A stretch of DNA of 64,000 nucleotides, from NCBI GenBank assembly GCA_038230375.1, contig JBBRNJ010000029.1, positions 1-64,000 on the forward strand. Reading direction: 5' to 3'. A program made the translations under genes and the position numbers. Below the pieces are notes generated by a model. The model was not told the DNA's origin and did no database searches. It saw only the letters and a list, made by a program, of their open reading frames with translations. Origin of the DNA: Polyangiales bacterium. GTDB taxonomy: Bacteria; Myxococcota_A; Polyangia; Polyangiales; Polyangiaceae. Shown in pieces: positions 37,865-48,012 of the stretch. The stretch's first letter is position 1; each line of letters begins with the position of its first letter.

Positions 37865-39628
37865 TCAGTGCTTCGCGGCCGGAGAGGTGGCCCACGAGCG
37901 GAGGCCTTCCGCCGTACCTGCGTTCAGGATTCGCGCCGGGTCGACCCACGCGCGCTCCGCGTTCATGGCGGCGTAGATCACGCGATCCAGCTCGTTTTCG
38001 TGGTGTGCGTCGCTGGTCAACACGAACTGCACCTTGCGATCGCGCGCGGTGCGCAGCACCTCCACGGACAGGTCGAGCCGCGGGAGTGAGCCGTTGATCT
38101 CCAGCGCCGTATTCGTCCGCTCCGCCGCGTCGAAGATGGCATCCATGTCCAGCTCGATGCCGGGCCGTGCGCCGATCATCCGCGCGGAGAGATGCCCGAT
38201 CATCTTCACGCATGGGTCTTCCATCGCGGCGATGACGCGCCTGGTCTGCGCTGCGCGATCGAGGTCGAAGTGGTCGTGCACGGAGGCCAGGCAGAAGCCG
38301 TAGCCCTGGCGGAACTCTGCGTCGTAGTCGAGCTCGCCCTTCGGGCCGATGTTCAGCTCCACCCCCGCGAGGAGCGTCATGGTGTCACCGAGCTCCTTCT
38401 GCATGGCAGCGATCTTCTCGCGCTGATCCAGCATCGCCTGGCGCCCTACGCCCGAGAGCGTGCCCTCCGCATGGTCCGTGATGGCAAGGACCTTGTAGCC
38501 GCGCGCCTTCGCCGCAGCGACCACGTTCTCGAGCGACGAGTGCCCATCGCCGGACATGTCCGTGTGGACGTGGAAGTCGCCCAGGATGGGGCCGACTGCA
38601 CGCGGAAGGGTGCCCTTCTCCGCCGCCTCGATCTCGCCCATGTCCTCACGCAAGACGGGCGGGATGAAGCGAAGTCCGAGCGCCTCGTAGATCTGCTCCT
38701 CCGTCTCGCACGCGACCACGCGCCCGCCTTCGAGCTCCGAGAGCGCGTACTCGTTCAGCGTCCACCCACGAGACAGCGCGCGCTGACGCAGCTTGATGTT
38801 GTGCGCCTTGGAGCCGGTGAAATAGAGCCGCGCCGCGCCGAGCTCGTGAGCCGCCACCACACGAAGATCCACCTGCGTCCCGCGATGAGTGACGATGCTC
38901 GTCTTGTTCGCGCCACGCACCAGGACGCGGTCCACGAAGCCGAGCGAGACGAGCGCCTCCATCACGGGCATCGCATCTGCGGCGGCGACCATGATGTCCA
39001 CGTCGCCGATCGTCTCCGTGAAGCGACGCAACGAGCCGCAGTACGACGCGTGCGTGACGCCCTTCACCTTCAAGAGCTCCGCGACGATGCGGTTCGCGAG
39101 CGGCAACGCGACAGAGACCGGTGTGCGACCGACCACCCCTTGCTCGTCCATCTTGGCGAGCGCCTGCGCAAACTTCTCTTCCGATTTCTGACCAAACCCC
39201 TTGAGCGCCTGCACCTTGTGGTCTGCGAGTGCCTTGCGAAGGTCGTCTATCGACTGGACGTTGAGCTCTTCGCGGAGCTTCTTCACGGCCTTCGGGCCCA
39301 TGCCCTGGATCTTGAGGAGCGCCACGACACTGCGCGGATGCTTCTGCCGCAGGCCCTCGAGCTTCTCGACCTTGCCAGTGTCCAGGAGCTGCCGGATCTT
39401 CTCCGCCGTGCTCTTGCCGATGCCGTCGATCTTCTGGAGCTCCTTCGCGGAGAGCTTGTTCACGTCCGTCGCGAGCGCCGTGATCGCCTGGGTCGCGCTC
39501 TCGTAGGCGCGCACGCGAAACGACTGCGGATCACCTTCGTCGAGCATCGTGAGCTCCGCGAGATCGCGGAGCATGTCGAGGACGTCTTGCTTCGTCCGGC
39601 GCGGGGGTTCCCCGGGGGCATCACTCAT
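37865..39628 (-). CDS. polX: DNA polymerase X / PHP 3'-5' exonuclease
   Basis: HhH motifs GIGK and GMGPK; GSLRR..IGDVD; VDLRV; YFTGSKAHN; PHP motifs DFHVHT, TDH, GVE, SDAH. Confidence 0.95.
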   Translation of the reverse strand: MSDAPGEPPRRTKQDVLDMLRDLAELTMLDEGDPQSFRVRAYESATQAITALATDVNKLSAKELQKIDGIGKSTAEKIRQLLDTGKVEKLEGLRQKHPRSVVALLKIQGMGPKAVKKLREELNVQSIDDLRKALADHKVQALKGFGQKSEEKFAQALAKMDEQGVVGRTPVSVALPLANRIVAELLKVKGVTHASYCGSLRRFTETIGDVDIMVAAADAMPVMEALVSLGFVDRVLVRGANKTSIVTHRGTQVDLRVVAAHELGAARLYFTGSKAHNIKLRQRALSRGWTLNEYALSELEGGRVVACETEEQIYEALGLRFIPPVLREDMGEIEAAEKGTLPRAVGPILGDFHVHTDMSGDGHSSLENVVAAAKARGYKVLAITDHAEGTLSGVGRQAMLDQREKIAAMQKELGDTMTLLAGVELNIGPKGELDYDAEFRQGYGFCLASVHDHFDLDRAAQTRRVIAAMEDPCVKMIGHLSARMIGARPGIELDMDAIFDAAERTNTALEINGSLPRLDLSVEVLRTARDRKVQFVLTSDAHHENELDRVIYAAMNAERAWVDPARILNAGTAEGLRSWATSPAAKH

Positions 39629-39651
39629 ACAGTTGGTGTACCCTTGGAATC

Positions 39652-41031
39652 GTGAGCAAGGAAGAGGCCGCAGAGGTGATCTCGGTCGGTGGGCAAGAGG
39701 TACGCATCACCCATCCCAGCAAGCCCTATTTCACCAAGGAGACGAAGCTCTCCAAGCTCGACATCGTCCGGTACTACCTCTCCGTCGCGGATGGTGCGCT
39801 GCGCGGGATCAAGGACCGCCCGATCGTGCTCAAGCGGTTCGTGGACGGCGCCGAGAGCCCGCCGTTTTACCAGAAGCGCGCGCCCCCGAATCTCCCCTCG
39901 TTCCTCCGCACCGCGACGCTCTCGTTTCCGTCCGGGCGCACTGCGGAGGAGGTGGTCGTGGACAACGCGGCGGGACTCGCGTGGGTCGCCAACCTGGGTT
40001 GCATGGAGCTGCATCCGCATCCAGTGCGCTCGGGAGATGTGGAGCACCCCGACGAGCTGCGCGTCGATCTGGATCCGGGCCCTGGCGTGGCGTGGGACGA
40101 CGTGCGGAAGGTCGCGCTCGAGGTGAACGCGTTCCTCGCCGAGCTCGGCCTTCGCGGCTTTGCGAAGACCAGTGGCTCGCGCGGCATCCACGTGAACGTG
40201 CGCATCCAGCCGCGCTGGACCTTCACGCAGGTGCGACAGGCAGCGCTCGCGTTCTCGCGCGAGATCGAGCGCCGCGCGCCCACCCTCGCCACGTCGAAGT
40301 GGTGGAAGGAAGAACGTCACGGCGTCTTCCTGGACTACAACCAGAATGCCAAGGATCGCACGACCGCGTCCGCATACTCCGTGCGCCCGCTTCCAGATGC
40401 GCGCGTGTCTGCGCCGCTCACGTGGGACGAAGTGCCGGTGTGCGATCCGGCTGATTTCACGGTGCTCACGATGCCGCAACGCTTCGCGACGATCGGCGAT
40501 CCTCACGACCACATGGACACGACGGCCGCCTCGCTGGAGGCGCTGCTGGAGTTTGCAGCCAAGGACGACGCATCCGGGCTGGGCGACGCGCCGTGGCCGC
40601 CACACTTCCCGAAGGCCGCGCGCGAGGCTGCCCGCGTCGCGCCGTCTCGTGCGAAGGGAGCACGCAAGAAGGCTGCGACGGCAGATACCGGTGACTCTGA
40701 AGATGCCGGTGACTCCGCCGCCGCAGCCCCCAAGCCCGCGCGCGCGGCCCGCACGTCCAAGATGCCGCTCCTCACGATCGCGAACTCACCCGACAAGGCC
40801 GCAGCGCTCGAAGGGCTCGAGCGCTGGAAGACGAAGTACCCGGAGGCGGCCGCGCTGCTGGCGGTGGATGACGTGCTCGTCGATTCGATGCGCGGTCGCT
40901 CGTCCACATGGACACGCATCCGCGTGAACCTGCGCAACGTGCCAGAGGCCTCCCGGCCCGCGCAAGAGACGCCCGACCCCGACGAGGATCCCACGCGCGC
41001 CTGGCGCGAAGCGATGAAGGCCCCCACGTAG
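39652..41031 (+). CDS. LigD-type AEP polymerase (Prim-PolC-like) with C-terminal extension
   Basis: FYQKRAP, ELRVDLDPG, TSGSRGIH, VFLDYNQN, SAYSVR, VSAPL.W. Confidence 0.92.
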   Translation: MSKEEAAEVISVGGQEVRITHPSKPYFTKETKLSKLDIVRYYLSVADGALRGIKDRPIVLKRFVDGAESPPFYQKRAPPNLPSFLRTATLSFPSGRTAEEVVVDNAAGLAWVANLGCMELHPHPVRSGDVEHPDELRVDLDPGPGVAWDDVRKVALEVNAFLAELGLRGFAKTSGSRGIHVNVRIQPRWTFTQVRQAALAFSREIERRAPTLATSKWWKEERHGVFLDYNQNAKDRTTASAYSVRPLPDARVSAPLTWDEVPVCDPADFTVLTMPQRFATIGDPHDHMDTTAASLEALLEFAAKDDASGLGDAPWPPHFPKAAREAARVAPSRAKGARKKAATADTGDSEDAGDSAAAAPKPARAARTSKMPLLTIANSPDKAAALEGLERWKTKYPEAAALLAVDDVLVDSMRGRSSTWTRIRVNLRNVPEASRPAQETPDPDEDPTRAWREAMKAPT

Positions 41032-41037
41032 CGGGAG

Positions 41038-42114
41038 CTAACCGCGCGAGAAGATCTCCGACAGCTCCTGCGGCGCGACCACGTCCAGCTGGGCAAAGTT
41101 GCAGTCCTTGGGCGCCTTGTCCGTACGCCAGCGCCGGAACTGGGCCGTGTGGCGGAAACGTGTACCTTGCATATGATCGTAGGCCACCTGGACGGTGAGC
41201 TCGATGCGAAGGGGAATCCACGAGAGATCTTTTCCCTGGCTCCAGCGGCTCTTCGCGCCGGGCTTTCGCGTGCCGTCCTGGTGCGCGTCCGCGGTGGCCC
41301 ATTCCTTCCACGGGTGGTTCTCGAGCGCGTTCTCCCGATAGGGCGCGAGGAACTCCACGAGCTCGCGTCGCTTCGCCGCCGTGAAGCTCGCGGACACACC
41401 CACGTGGTGGAGCGCGCCGTCATCGCTGAAGAGCCCGAGCAAGAGCGAGCCCACGGCGCTCCCCTCACCGTCCTTGTGCCAGCGAAAGCCGGCGACCACG
41501 GCGTCGCATTCGCGCTCGTGCTTCACCTTGAGCATGGTGCGCTTGTTGGGCTCGTACTTACCGACCGCGCTCTTTGCCATGACGCCGTCCAGGCCTGCGC
41601 CCTCGAAGCGGGAGAACCAATCCCCCGCCACGACACGGTCGGTCGTGGCGGGCGTCACGTGCAGCGGCGGCTCCGCCTTTGCAAGAACGGAGAGGAGCTC
41701 GAGACGGCGCGCGCGGAAAGGCTCGTCACGCAGATCGCGGTCGCCCAGGCAGAGCAGATCCCAGAAGACCACCGCTGCTGGCGTCTCCTTGGACAGCTGG
41801 TTTATTCGCTTCGCCGCGGGATGCAGGCGCTGTTGAAGTGCCTCGAAATCCAGGCCGCGGTCGTTCGCGATGACGATCTCGCCGTCCAGCACGCAGCGCT
41901 CGGGCAACATGCTTCCCAGCGGCCCGAGAAGCTCCGGGAAGTAGCGCGCGAGCGGCTTCTCGTCGCGGCTTTGGATGATGATGTCCGCCCCGTCCTTGAA
42001 CACGAGGGCGCGAAAGCCGTCCCACTTCGGCTCGAAGATCCAGTCCTCACCCTCAGGGATGGCGGAGACGCGTTTCGCGAGCATGGGGAGCATGGGCGGA
42101 GGGACGGGAAGCAC
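41038..42114 (-). CDS. ligC: ATP-dependent DNA ligase (LigC-like)
   Basis: PMLAK, EPKWDGFR, LDGEIV, DGVMAK, KVKHER, SLLLGL, SRWS, RFRH...RWR.DK. Confidence 0.93.
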   Translation of the reverse strand: MLPVPPPMLPMLAKRVSAIPEGEDWIFEPKWDGFRALVFKDGADIIIQSRDEKPLARYFPELLGPLGSMLPERCVLDGEIVIANDRGLDFEALQQRLHPAAKRINQLSKETPAAVVFWDLLCLGDRDLRDEPFRARRLELLSVLAKAEPPLHVTPATTDRVVAGDWFSRFEGAGLDGVMAKSAVGKYEPNKRTMLKVKHERECDAVVAGFRWHKDGEGSAVGSLLLGLFSDDGALHHVGVSASFTAAKRRELVEFLAPYRENALENHPWKEWATADAHQDGTRKPGAKSRWSQGKDLSWIPLRIELTVQVAYDHMQGTRFRHTAQFRRWRTDKAPKDCNFAQLDVVAPQELSEIFSRG

Positions 42115-42156
42115 GTGCGCATTCTACTCCGCAACGCGCGATGATATGCGATCTCG

Positions 42157-42609
42157 ATGCGAACCTACCTTGCACTGGCAGTTCTGGTGCTCGCCACCCC
42201 GGCGTGCGAGCCGACCCCCGCAACGACGACGGCGACGACGACACCGACTTCGACGACGACACCGACTTCGACGATGACACCGACTTCGACTTCGACGACG
42301 ACGCCGACCTCGACTTCGACTTCGACTTCGACGACGACTTCGACCTCGACCCCACCCTCTCCTGCTCGGGGGGCGATGCCGCCGATCGAGACGGCTTGCT
42401 CGGCGGACGCCGACTGCGACATCTACATGGAGGGCAGCGCGGCGGACCCGTGTTGTCCGCAGTGCACCACCTACAAGGCGGGGACCAAGGCGTCGCTCGC
42501 GAAGTTTCGCGCGGCATGCACCAGCGTGTGTGGCGGCAGCTGCGCGACGCTGCCGACGCATGCGAAGTGCAGCAGCGGAAAATGTGTCGCCGTTGGCGAC
42601 AAACCCTGA
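42157..42609 (+). CDS. Small Thr-rich, Cys-rich lipoprotein
   Basis: Signal ending PAC; TPTSTT repeats; CSADADC..CCPQC..C..C..C..GKC. Confidence 0.75.
   Translation: MRTYLALAVLVLATPACEPTPATTTATTTPTSTTTPTSTMTPTSTSTTTPTSTSTSTSTTTSTSTPPSPARGAMPPIETACSADADCDIYMEGSAADPCCPQCTTYKAGTKASLAKFRAACTSVCGGSCATLPTHAKCSSGKCVAVGDKP
42225..42350 (+). repeat. Coding low-complexity repeat (ACACCGACTTCGACGACG and ACTTCG units)
   Basis: Degenerate 18-bp and 6-bp tandem units encoding a Thr/Ser/Pro linker. Confidence 0.85.
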
Positions 42610-42616
42610 GCTGACC

Positions 42617-43663
42617 ATGACGGAGATTCCGGTCGACCTCCTCGCCGCCGACGCGCTTGCGTACGACGCGCAGTATCGCAACGGGCTGAGTAACCACCTG
42701 CCGATGGCGCTGGTCGCGCTTGCGGGCTTGGGCGCGAGCCGCGTGCGGATCGTTGCGTTTCGTGAGCGGTACGCTCGCCGTCTGGAGCCCGCGCCGAAGG
42801 TGCCCGAACACGCCGAGAAGCTCGAGCGCGCTGACCTGGTGCGCCACCTTGGCACGCACGCTTGCTACGCGCAGTACGCAGAGCTCTTTCGCGCGCTGGT
42901 TCGAGCGGAAGCACCGCGCGAGGTCGCACGCGATGCGCTGCGTGAGCTCGTGCCCGGGCTCGCAGGAGGCGCTTTCCATGGGTTGATCCGCGTCGCGTAC
43001 GCGCTGGGAACACCCGGGACACCGGTCGACGAGATCGCAGCGGCGCTCGCGTACATGGCAGACGTGCATCTCCCTCTCGAACCCGTGGACACGGCAGCCG
43101 ATGAGAAGGCCGGGACCCGCTCGCTCGTCCTGCTCATGGAGGACACCGCGAAGGACTCCAGTGCGACGGCCTACGTCGGCAAGCGTGGGCTGATCTTCGA
43201 CGACCTGGAAGACGTCGCATCAGGGCCTGCGTTCGCGCATCTGCTTCGGGCTGCAGCACGCGGTCCGCGCACGCTCGACGCAGCGGCGCGCGCCGCGCTC
43301 CTCCTGTACGCGAGCACCTCGCACTTCACCGCGCTCCACTGTGTGACGGCCACACATGCGCTGCGCGTGCTTGCGCCGCTCCTCGTGGAGCCCGCGCAGG
43401 CGGCCCGCGTGCTCGCGCGCGCCCTGATCGCTGCGTACATCACGATGGCCGCGCCAGCGCTCATGGACGACGAGGCCACCGACCGCATGCGGTCATGTGT
43501 CGTTCCGTCATGGGACGAGATCGCCCGCGCCGCGTGCGCCTCGGACAACGAGCATGTGATCAAGATCGTGTGGACCGCGCGAGAAGAGCACGGCGCCTAC
43601 GGAGACCCGCTCTACACCTTCGTGGCGGCCCGCGCGGCGGGCCTTGCCGGCGTGAGCCCGTAG
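42617..43663 (+). CDS. Questin oxidase family (DUF4243) protein
   Basis: GLSNHLPMAL.AL..LGA, AFHGLIRVAYA, EIAAALAY, LHCVT..HA, NEHVIK. Confidence 0.85.
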   Translation: MTEIPVDLLAADALAYDAQYRNGLSNHLPMALVALAGLGASRVRIVAFRERYARRLEPAPKVPEHAEKLERADLVRHLGTHACYAQYAELFRALVRAEAPREVARDALRELVPGLAGGAFHGLIRVAYALGTPGTPVDEIAAALAYMADVHLPLEPVDTAADEKAGTRSLVLLMEDTAKDSSATAYVGKRGLIFDDLEDVASGPAFAHLLRAAARGPRTLDAAARAALLLYASTSHFTALHCVTATHALRVLAPLLVEPAQAARVLARALIAAYITMAAPALMDDEATDRMRSCVVPSWDEIARAACASDNEHVIKIVWTAREEHGAYGDPLYTFVAARAAGLAGVSP

Positions 43664-43761
43664 GCGGCTCGTCGCGGTGCTTCGCATCTTGTGGCGCTCG
43701 GTGACCCCGCAAACTGCCACGTCACCACCTCGTCCGGCGCCTTGGTGACGTGTTTCGTCGG

Positions 43762-43778
43762 TCGGCACGCGCCATGCT
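43762..43778 (+). promoter_or_regulatory. Candidate sigma-54 promoter
   Basis: TCGGCACGCGCCATGCT has GG-N10-GC spacing, 12 nt before ATG 43791. Confidence 0.45.
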
Positions 43779-43790
43779 CCAACGACGTGC

Positions 43791-44738
43791 ATGTTCAAAC
43801 GAGGGCTCCGGGGTCCGCGCGGCATCGTGTTGCTCTTCACCGGCGTGGCGCTGTCGGCGTGCGGAGCGAGCCCGCCGCCGAGACCGAGCGGCGCTGACAC
43901 GACACAGACACATTTTCCGTCACCAACGGGGGCGGCGCGCGCGACGACTCCGCTGATGTCAGCGCAGACGCGACAGACCCCCGCGAAGAGGAAGCTCGCG
44001 AAGACGGAGGCGCGTCCCACGTTCGACGGTTCGCCCACTGCGCGCAAACGTGCGCTGCTGATCACGGAAGTGCAGGCCCTGGAGAATCTCGCGACGGTCA
44101 CGCCCGCACAGGCGGCCGACCGCCCTGTGCTCATGCGGCGCATCGCGCAGGACTACGCCGAGCTCGAGGCCGCGGCGGAGAACGAGGGTGTGCCGCAGCT
44201 CCAGTCGGATGCGCGTGCGAAGGCGATCACCACGTACACCCGCCTGGTGAACGAGCACCCTGGCTATCCGCAGAAGGACGAGGCCATGTTCTCGCTGGCC
44301 CACGAATATGAGCTCGGTGGCGATCTTGCGAATGCGCGAAGGGTCTACTACCAGCTCTTGCAGGTCGCCCCCAGCTCGCGCTTCGTGCCCTTCGTCTACG
44401 TGGACTTCGGGGACATCTTCTTCGACGAGGCGGAGCAAGAGCCGGAGAAATGGGCGCTTGCGCGTGCTGCGTATCGACGCGCACTCGAGTTCCCCGCGTC
44501 GGCGAACAGGGCGTACGGCTACGCGTGGTACAAGCTGGCGTGGGTGGAGGAGAATCAAGGAGCGCGGGACGAGGCGCTGCGGGACTTCGACAAAGCCATC
44601 GCGTTCGCGACGGACTATGCGGCCGTTCCGGGCGCGGGGAAGCTGGGCGAAGCGGCGCGCAACGACCGCGCTACGCTGGCCGCCACCGGCTGTGCACCGG
44701 TGATACCTTCGGGGGATGACTCGACCCTCCCTCCGTGA
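43791..44738 (+). CDS. TPR lipoprotein
   Basis: Lipobox LSAC; DEAMFSLAHEY, FGDIFF, YAWYKLAWV TPRs. Confidence 0.85.
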   Translation: MFKRGLRGPRGIVLLFTGVALSACGASPPPRPSGADTTQTHFPSPTGAARATTPLMSAQTRQTPAKRKLAKTEARPTFDGSPTARKRALLITEVQALENLATVTPAQAADRPVLMRRIAQDYAELEAAAENEGVPQLQSDARAKAITTYTRLVNEHPGYPQKDEAMFSLAHEYELGGDLANARRVYYQLLQVAPSSRFVPFVYVDFGDIFFDEAEQEPEKWALARAAYRRALEFPASANRAYGYAWYKLAWVEENQGARDEALRDFDKAIAFATDYAAVPGAGKLGEAARNDRATLAATGCAPVIPSGDDSTLPP

Positions 44739-45288
44739 CTGCCGCGTGCTCTCGGCACCGGTCCTCGCGCTGTCGCTCGTCCTCGCGGCGTGCGGGCCCA
44801 GCGAGAAGGCACCGGCCACACCCCAGGCAGGCGAGGCCACGGCCAGCACTCCGTACACGGCCGACGAGATCCGCGAGTCGTCGCGCACCGGCCGCCGCTA
44901 CGAATGGAACGTGGAGGTACCAGGCAAGCCGCGCGAGGTCCGCGTGCTCACGTTCATCCGCGTGAACAAGGGCGGCGCCGAGGTGGAGAACGTGACCCTG
45001 GACGCGACGGGCCACATGGTCGGCGATCCGGTCCGCGGCAGCGCCACCTGGCAGGAGCTGCGTGACCACGCGGCATTTCCGGCCTCGCACGTCACGGTGA
45101 CGGAGGAGTCGATCACCGTGCCGGCCGGCACCTACCCGTGCAAGCTCTACACGGTGACGGAGGGCGCAAAGGTGAGCCGCTTCTGGTTTGCGAACACCAT
45201 GCCCGGGCCGCCGGTGAAGCTCGCCATCACCGAAGGCGGTGCAGCGAAGGAGCAGCGGGAGCTATTCCGGATCACGAACGTGGAGTGA
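44716..45288 (+). CDS. Hypothetical lipoprotein
   Basis: Lipobox LAAC; PYTADEIR; ITVPAGTYPC..Y; WFA...PGPPV. Start uncertain. Confidence 0.75.
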   Translation: MTRPSLRDCRVLSAPVLALSLVLAACGPSEKAPATPQAGEATASTPYTADEIRESSRTGRRYEWNVEVPGKPREVRVLTFIRVNKGGAEVENVTLDATGHMVGDPVRGSATWQELRDHAAFPASHVTVTEESITVPAGTYPCKLYTVTEGAKVSRFWFANTMPGPPVKLAITEGGAAKEQRELFRITNVE

Positions 45289-45291
45289 ACC

Positions 45292-45771
45292 TCAGAACAT
45301 GGCCGGGATCACGTCGCGCAGCACCTGCACCAGCATCACCAGGTTGACGACCGCGCCCAGGGCAAAGGACGCTGTGCGGAACGGCTGCTTCGCGTTGACG
45401 TAGAAGGCCGCGTGGAAGAGACGCACGCCGACGAAGGTGAAGAAGAGGATCTTCGCCATGAGGACGCTCGGCTCCGTCAGCGCGTACAGGAAGCCGATCG
45501 CGAAGAACGGCACGGCGTTCTCCATCGCATTGAGGTGTGCGCGCTTCACGCGTTGTACCTCGGTGTGCTCCTCGTCCACGACCTTCGCGCCGGAGTTCAC
45601 CTTGACGTCCTCTGGGTTGACGACAGCCTTCTTCTCCGCGCGCTTCTTTGCGGTGAGAAAGCCAAGGCCGTACATGGTCACGATCACGATCGCGCTCGAC
45701 AGCGCGTAGAGCTGCAGCACGGGCACGAGGCCGGCGTGCGCGCCATCGAGTGGTTGGCTCAAAAGGCTCAT
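45292..45771 (-). CDS. MAPEG family membrane protein
   Basis: NPED...VQRVKRAHLNAMEN..F; RLFH; QPFRT. Confidence 0.9.
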   Translation of the reverse strand: MSLLSQPLDGAHAGLVPVLQLYALSSAIVIVTMYGLGFLTAKKRAEKKAVVNPEDVKVNSGAKVVDEEHTEVQRVKRAHLNAMENAVPFFAIGFLYALTEPSVLMAKILFFTFVGVRLFHAAFYVNAKQPFRTASFALGAVVNLVMLVQVLRDVIPAMF

Positions 45772-45864
45772 GGTTCAGTCCCCTTCAGAACACCATCGCA
45801 CGCGTGGTGGGGATGTTCCAGCACCCGTTCCAGTCGTGCTAACCTTGCAGAGAGTCAGCTCCGG

Positions 45865-47412
45865 ATGGATTCCCGCCCTCGGTACCCAGCGACGCTTGCA
45901 TCTTCCGAGGATGCGCCCACGTTGGCGGAGCCCTTGAACCGCAGCCCGACCCGCGACCCCTACGTGGGTTCGACCATCGACGACCGCTATGTCGTCGAGC
46001 GCTGCATCGGTCAGGGCGGCATGGGCGTGGTGTATGTCGCGCGGCACAAGATGATCGACAAGCGCTTCGCGATCAAGATCCTGCGCGTGGAGATGGTCGG
46101 CGCACCTGACCTTGTGCGGCGCTTTCTGAACGAGGCGCGCGCTGCATCCAGCATTGGCAATCCGCACATCGTGGACGTGGTGGACTTCGGACAACTGCCC
46201 GATGGCGCGCCGTACTTCGTGATGGAGTACCTGGAGGGAGAGAGCCTGGCGACGCGCATGATGGAGCGGCGCGGTCTTCCTGCCCATCACATCATGCGCA
46301 TCGCGAGCGAGATCGCGGACGGCCTGCATGCCGCCCACGAAGCGGGCATCGTGCACCGCGACCTCAAGCCGGACAACGTCATGTTGAAGCGCGGGGCCGA
46401 GCACCCGGACTTCGTGAAGGTGCTGGATTTCGGCATCGCCAAGGTCAGTGGAGAAAGCAAGCGGCTGACCATGGCCGGCAGCGTGTTCGGAACACCGCAC
46501 TACATGTCGCCCGAGCAGGCAGAGGGCAAGACGGTCGATCGTCGAACCGACATCTATTCGCTCGGCGTGATGATGTACGAGATGACGGTGGGGCGCGTGC
46601 CGTTCGACGCGGAGAGCTTCATGGGAATCCTGTCCCAGCACATGCACAAGGCGCCAACGCCGGTGCGACAGCTGCGGCCGGACGTTCCGCCCGCGCTCGA
46701 CGCGGTCATCGAGAGGTGCATGGCCAAGGATCCGCGCGATAGGTTCGCCACCATGGCGGAGCTCGTCAGCGCGCTCGGTCTTGCATCGCAGGGAATCATT
46801 CCGTCCGCCATGCCCAGCGTGCCGCGAGGCGCGGAGCTTCCGCGGGGTTCGTGGGCCGACAGGTCGGGTGGGCACGCGGCGGTCGGGCCCATGCCGGCGC
46901 CACGAGGGCTGCCGCGTGCAGCGTGGATCGCGCTCGGCGTCGTGACCGTCTGTGGCGCGGGTCTCTTCGCAGTGCGCGCTCTCCTGCACCGCACCGATGA
47001 GATCTCCCGCGTCGGGGAGACACGCGCGCCTCCTGGCGGGAGCGAGGCAAGCCCACCGCCGAGCGTGATCGCGACCAACGTCGGCTCACCCTCGGGCAAT
47101 CGGCCACCCATCGACTTCAAGGTCGTCACCATCATCGCGAATCCGCTGGACGCGACCATTCGGCGCGACGACATCGACGTTGGTATGGCACCGAAGGACA
47201 TCTCGATCGCACCGGCCGAGACCGCCCAGGTGACCGTCTCGCGCGATGGCTACGTGAGCCGCACAATCACAGTGGATGGAAGCAAGCCTCGCATCGAGGT
47301 GCACCTGCAGCACGTGAGCGAAGGCGCAGTGGCGCCACGCCCAACAGCTCCAGCCAAGCCGCTATGCCCGGCCGGCGAGCGGATGATCAAGGACCACTGC
47401 GAACGCTTCTGA
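45865..47412 (+). CDS. Hanks-type Ser/Thr kinase with TM and PEGA-like domain
   Basis: GQGGMGVVY, AIKIL, HRDLKPDN, DFGIAK, GTPHYMSPEQ; TM; C-terminal G.AP....V.VSRDGY. Confidence 0.97.
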   Translation: MDSRPRYPATLASSEDAPTLAEPLNRSPTRDPYVGSTIDDRYVVERCIGQGGMGVVYVARHKMIDKRFAIKILRVEMVGAPDLVRRFLNEARAASSIGNPHIVDVVDFGQLPDGAPYFVMEYLEGESLATRMMERRGLPAHHIMRIASEIADGLHAAHEAGIVHRDLKPDNVMLKRGAEHPDFVKVLDFGIAKVSGESKRLTMAGSVFGTPHYMSPEQAEGKTVDRRTDIYSLGVMMYEMTVGRVPFDAESFMGILSQHMHKAPTPVRQLRPDVPPALDAVIERCMAKDPRDRFATMAELVSALGLASQGIIPSAMPSVPRGAELPRGSWADRSGGHAAVGPMPAPRGLPRAAWIALGVVTVCGAGLFAVRALLHRTDEISRVGETRAPPGGSEASPPPSVIATNVGSPSGNRPPIDFKVVTIIANPLDATIRRDDIDVGMAPKDISIAPAETAQVTVSRDGYVSRTITVDGSKPRIEVHLQHVSEGAVAPRPTAPAKPLCPAGERMIKDHCERF

Positions 47413-47427
47413 GGAGCGGCCGCGCCT

Positions 47428-48012
47428 TCAGGGACACCTTGGCGTGGTGCCACACGCCCCGACCGCAAGGCCGCGGCAATGGACCGTGTTGCACGGTGTG
47501 CCGATCGGGCAATCGAGGTTGGTGGTGCACGCAAGCGAGCGCGCGCCGCACGAGGCTGCATACGCCGTGAAGGCGCCGGGGCCGTTCCCGTTCCAGCAGC
47601 ATTCGCTCTCACTCGTCTGGTCAGTCCTCTCGCAGGCCATGAACAGGCCGCCGCCGCACGTGGTCTGCGCGTTCTGTAGATCGGCACAGAACGGCGTTCC
47701 GCCCGCTGGGGGTACGCAGCAGCCGAGCCCCTGCGTCTGGTCACACAACGAGCCGTCCGCTCCTTGGCATGCAATGGACGTGGACGTCTGCGCATCCTGT
47801 TGCTCAGGAAGGATCGTGGCGTCAGCGGGAGAGGAGGAGCCACCACCATCCGCGACGGTCGACGCTTCGCCGTTGATGTCCCCGGCGTCACCCGCGTCCG
47901 TGTACGCAAGGTCGACGTTGGCGATGGACGTGCACGCGGCGAGCACGGCGGCGCCGCCGATCGCGAGCGCGGCGACGAGCGCACCGGCTGTGGAGCGAAG
48001 CAGGCTCACCAT
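47428..48012 (-). CDS. Cys-rich lipoprotein
   Basis: Lipobox LAAC; DAG linker; multiple CC/C motifs; coupled to the upstream gene. Confidence 0.75.
   Translation of the reverse strand: MVSLLRSTAGALVAALAIGGAAVLAACTSIANVDLAYTDAGDAGDINGEASTVADGGGSSSPADATILPEQQDAQTSTSIACQGADGSLCDQTQGLGCCVPPAGGTPFCADLQNAQTTCGGGLFMACERTDQTSESECCWNGNGPGAFTAYAASCGARSLACTTNLDCPIGTPCNTVHCRGLAVGACGTTPRCP

Noticed and set aside
39652..42114. Classical Ku-LigD NHEJ operon
   Set aside because: No Ku or phosphoesterase domain seen; the motifs fit stand-alone Prim-PolC and LigC.
42141..42614. Asp/Phe-rich (DDDTDF) acidic protein
   Set aside because: Alternative frame of the Thr-rich repeat; the other frame has a signal peptide and ordered cysteines.
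45412..45864. N-terminal extension of the Ser/Thr kinase
   Set aside because: Overlaps the MAPEG gene antisense; ATG 45865 is the plausible start.
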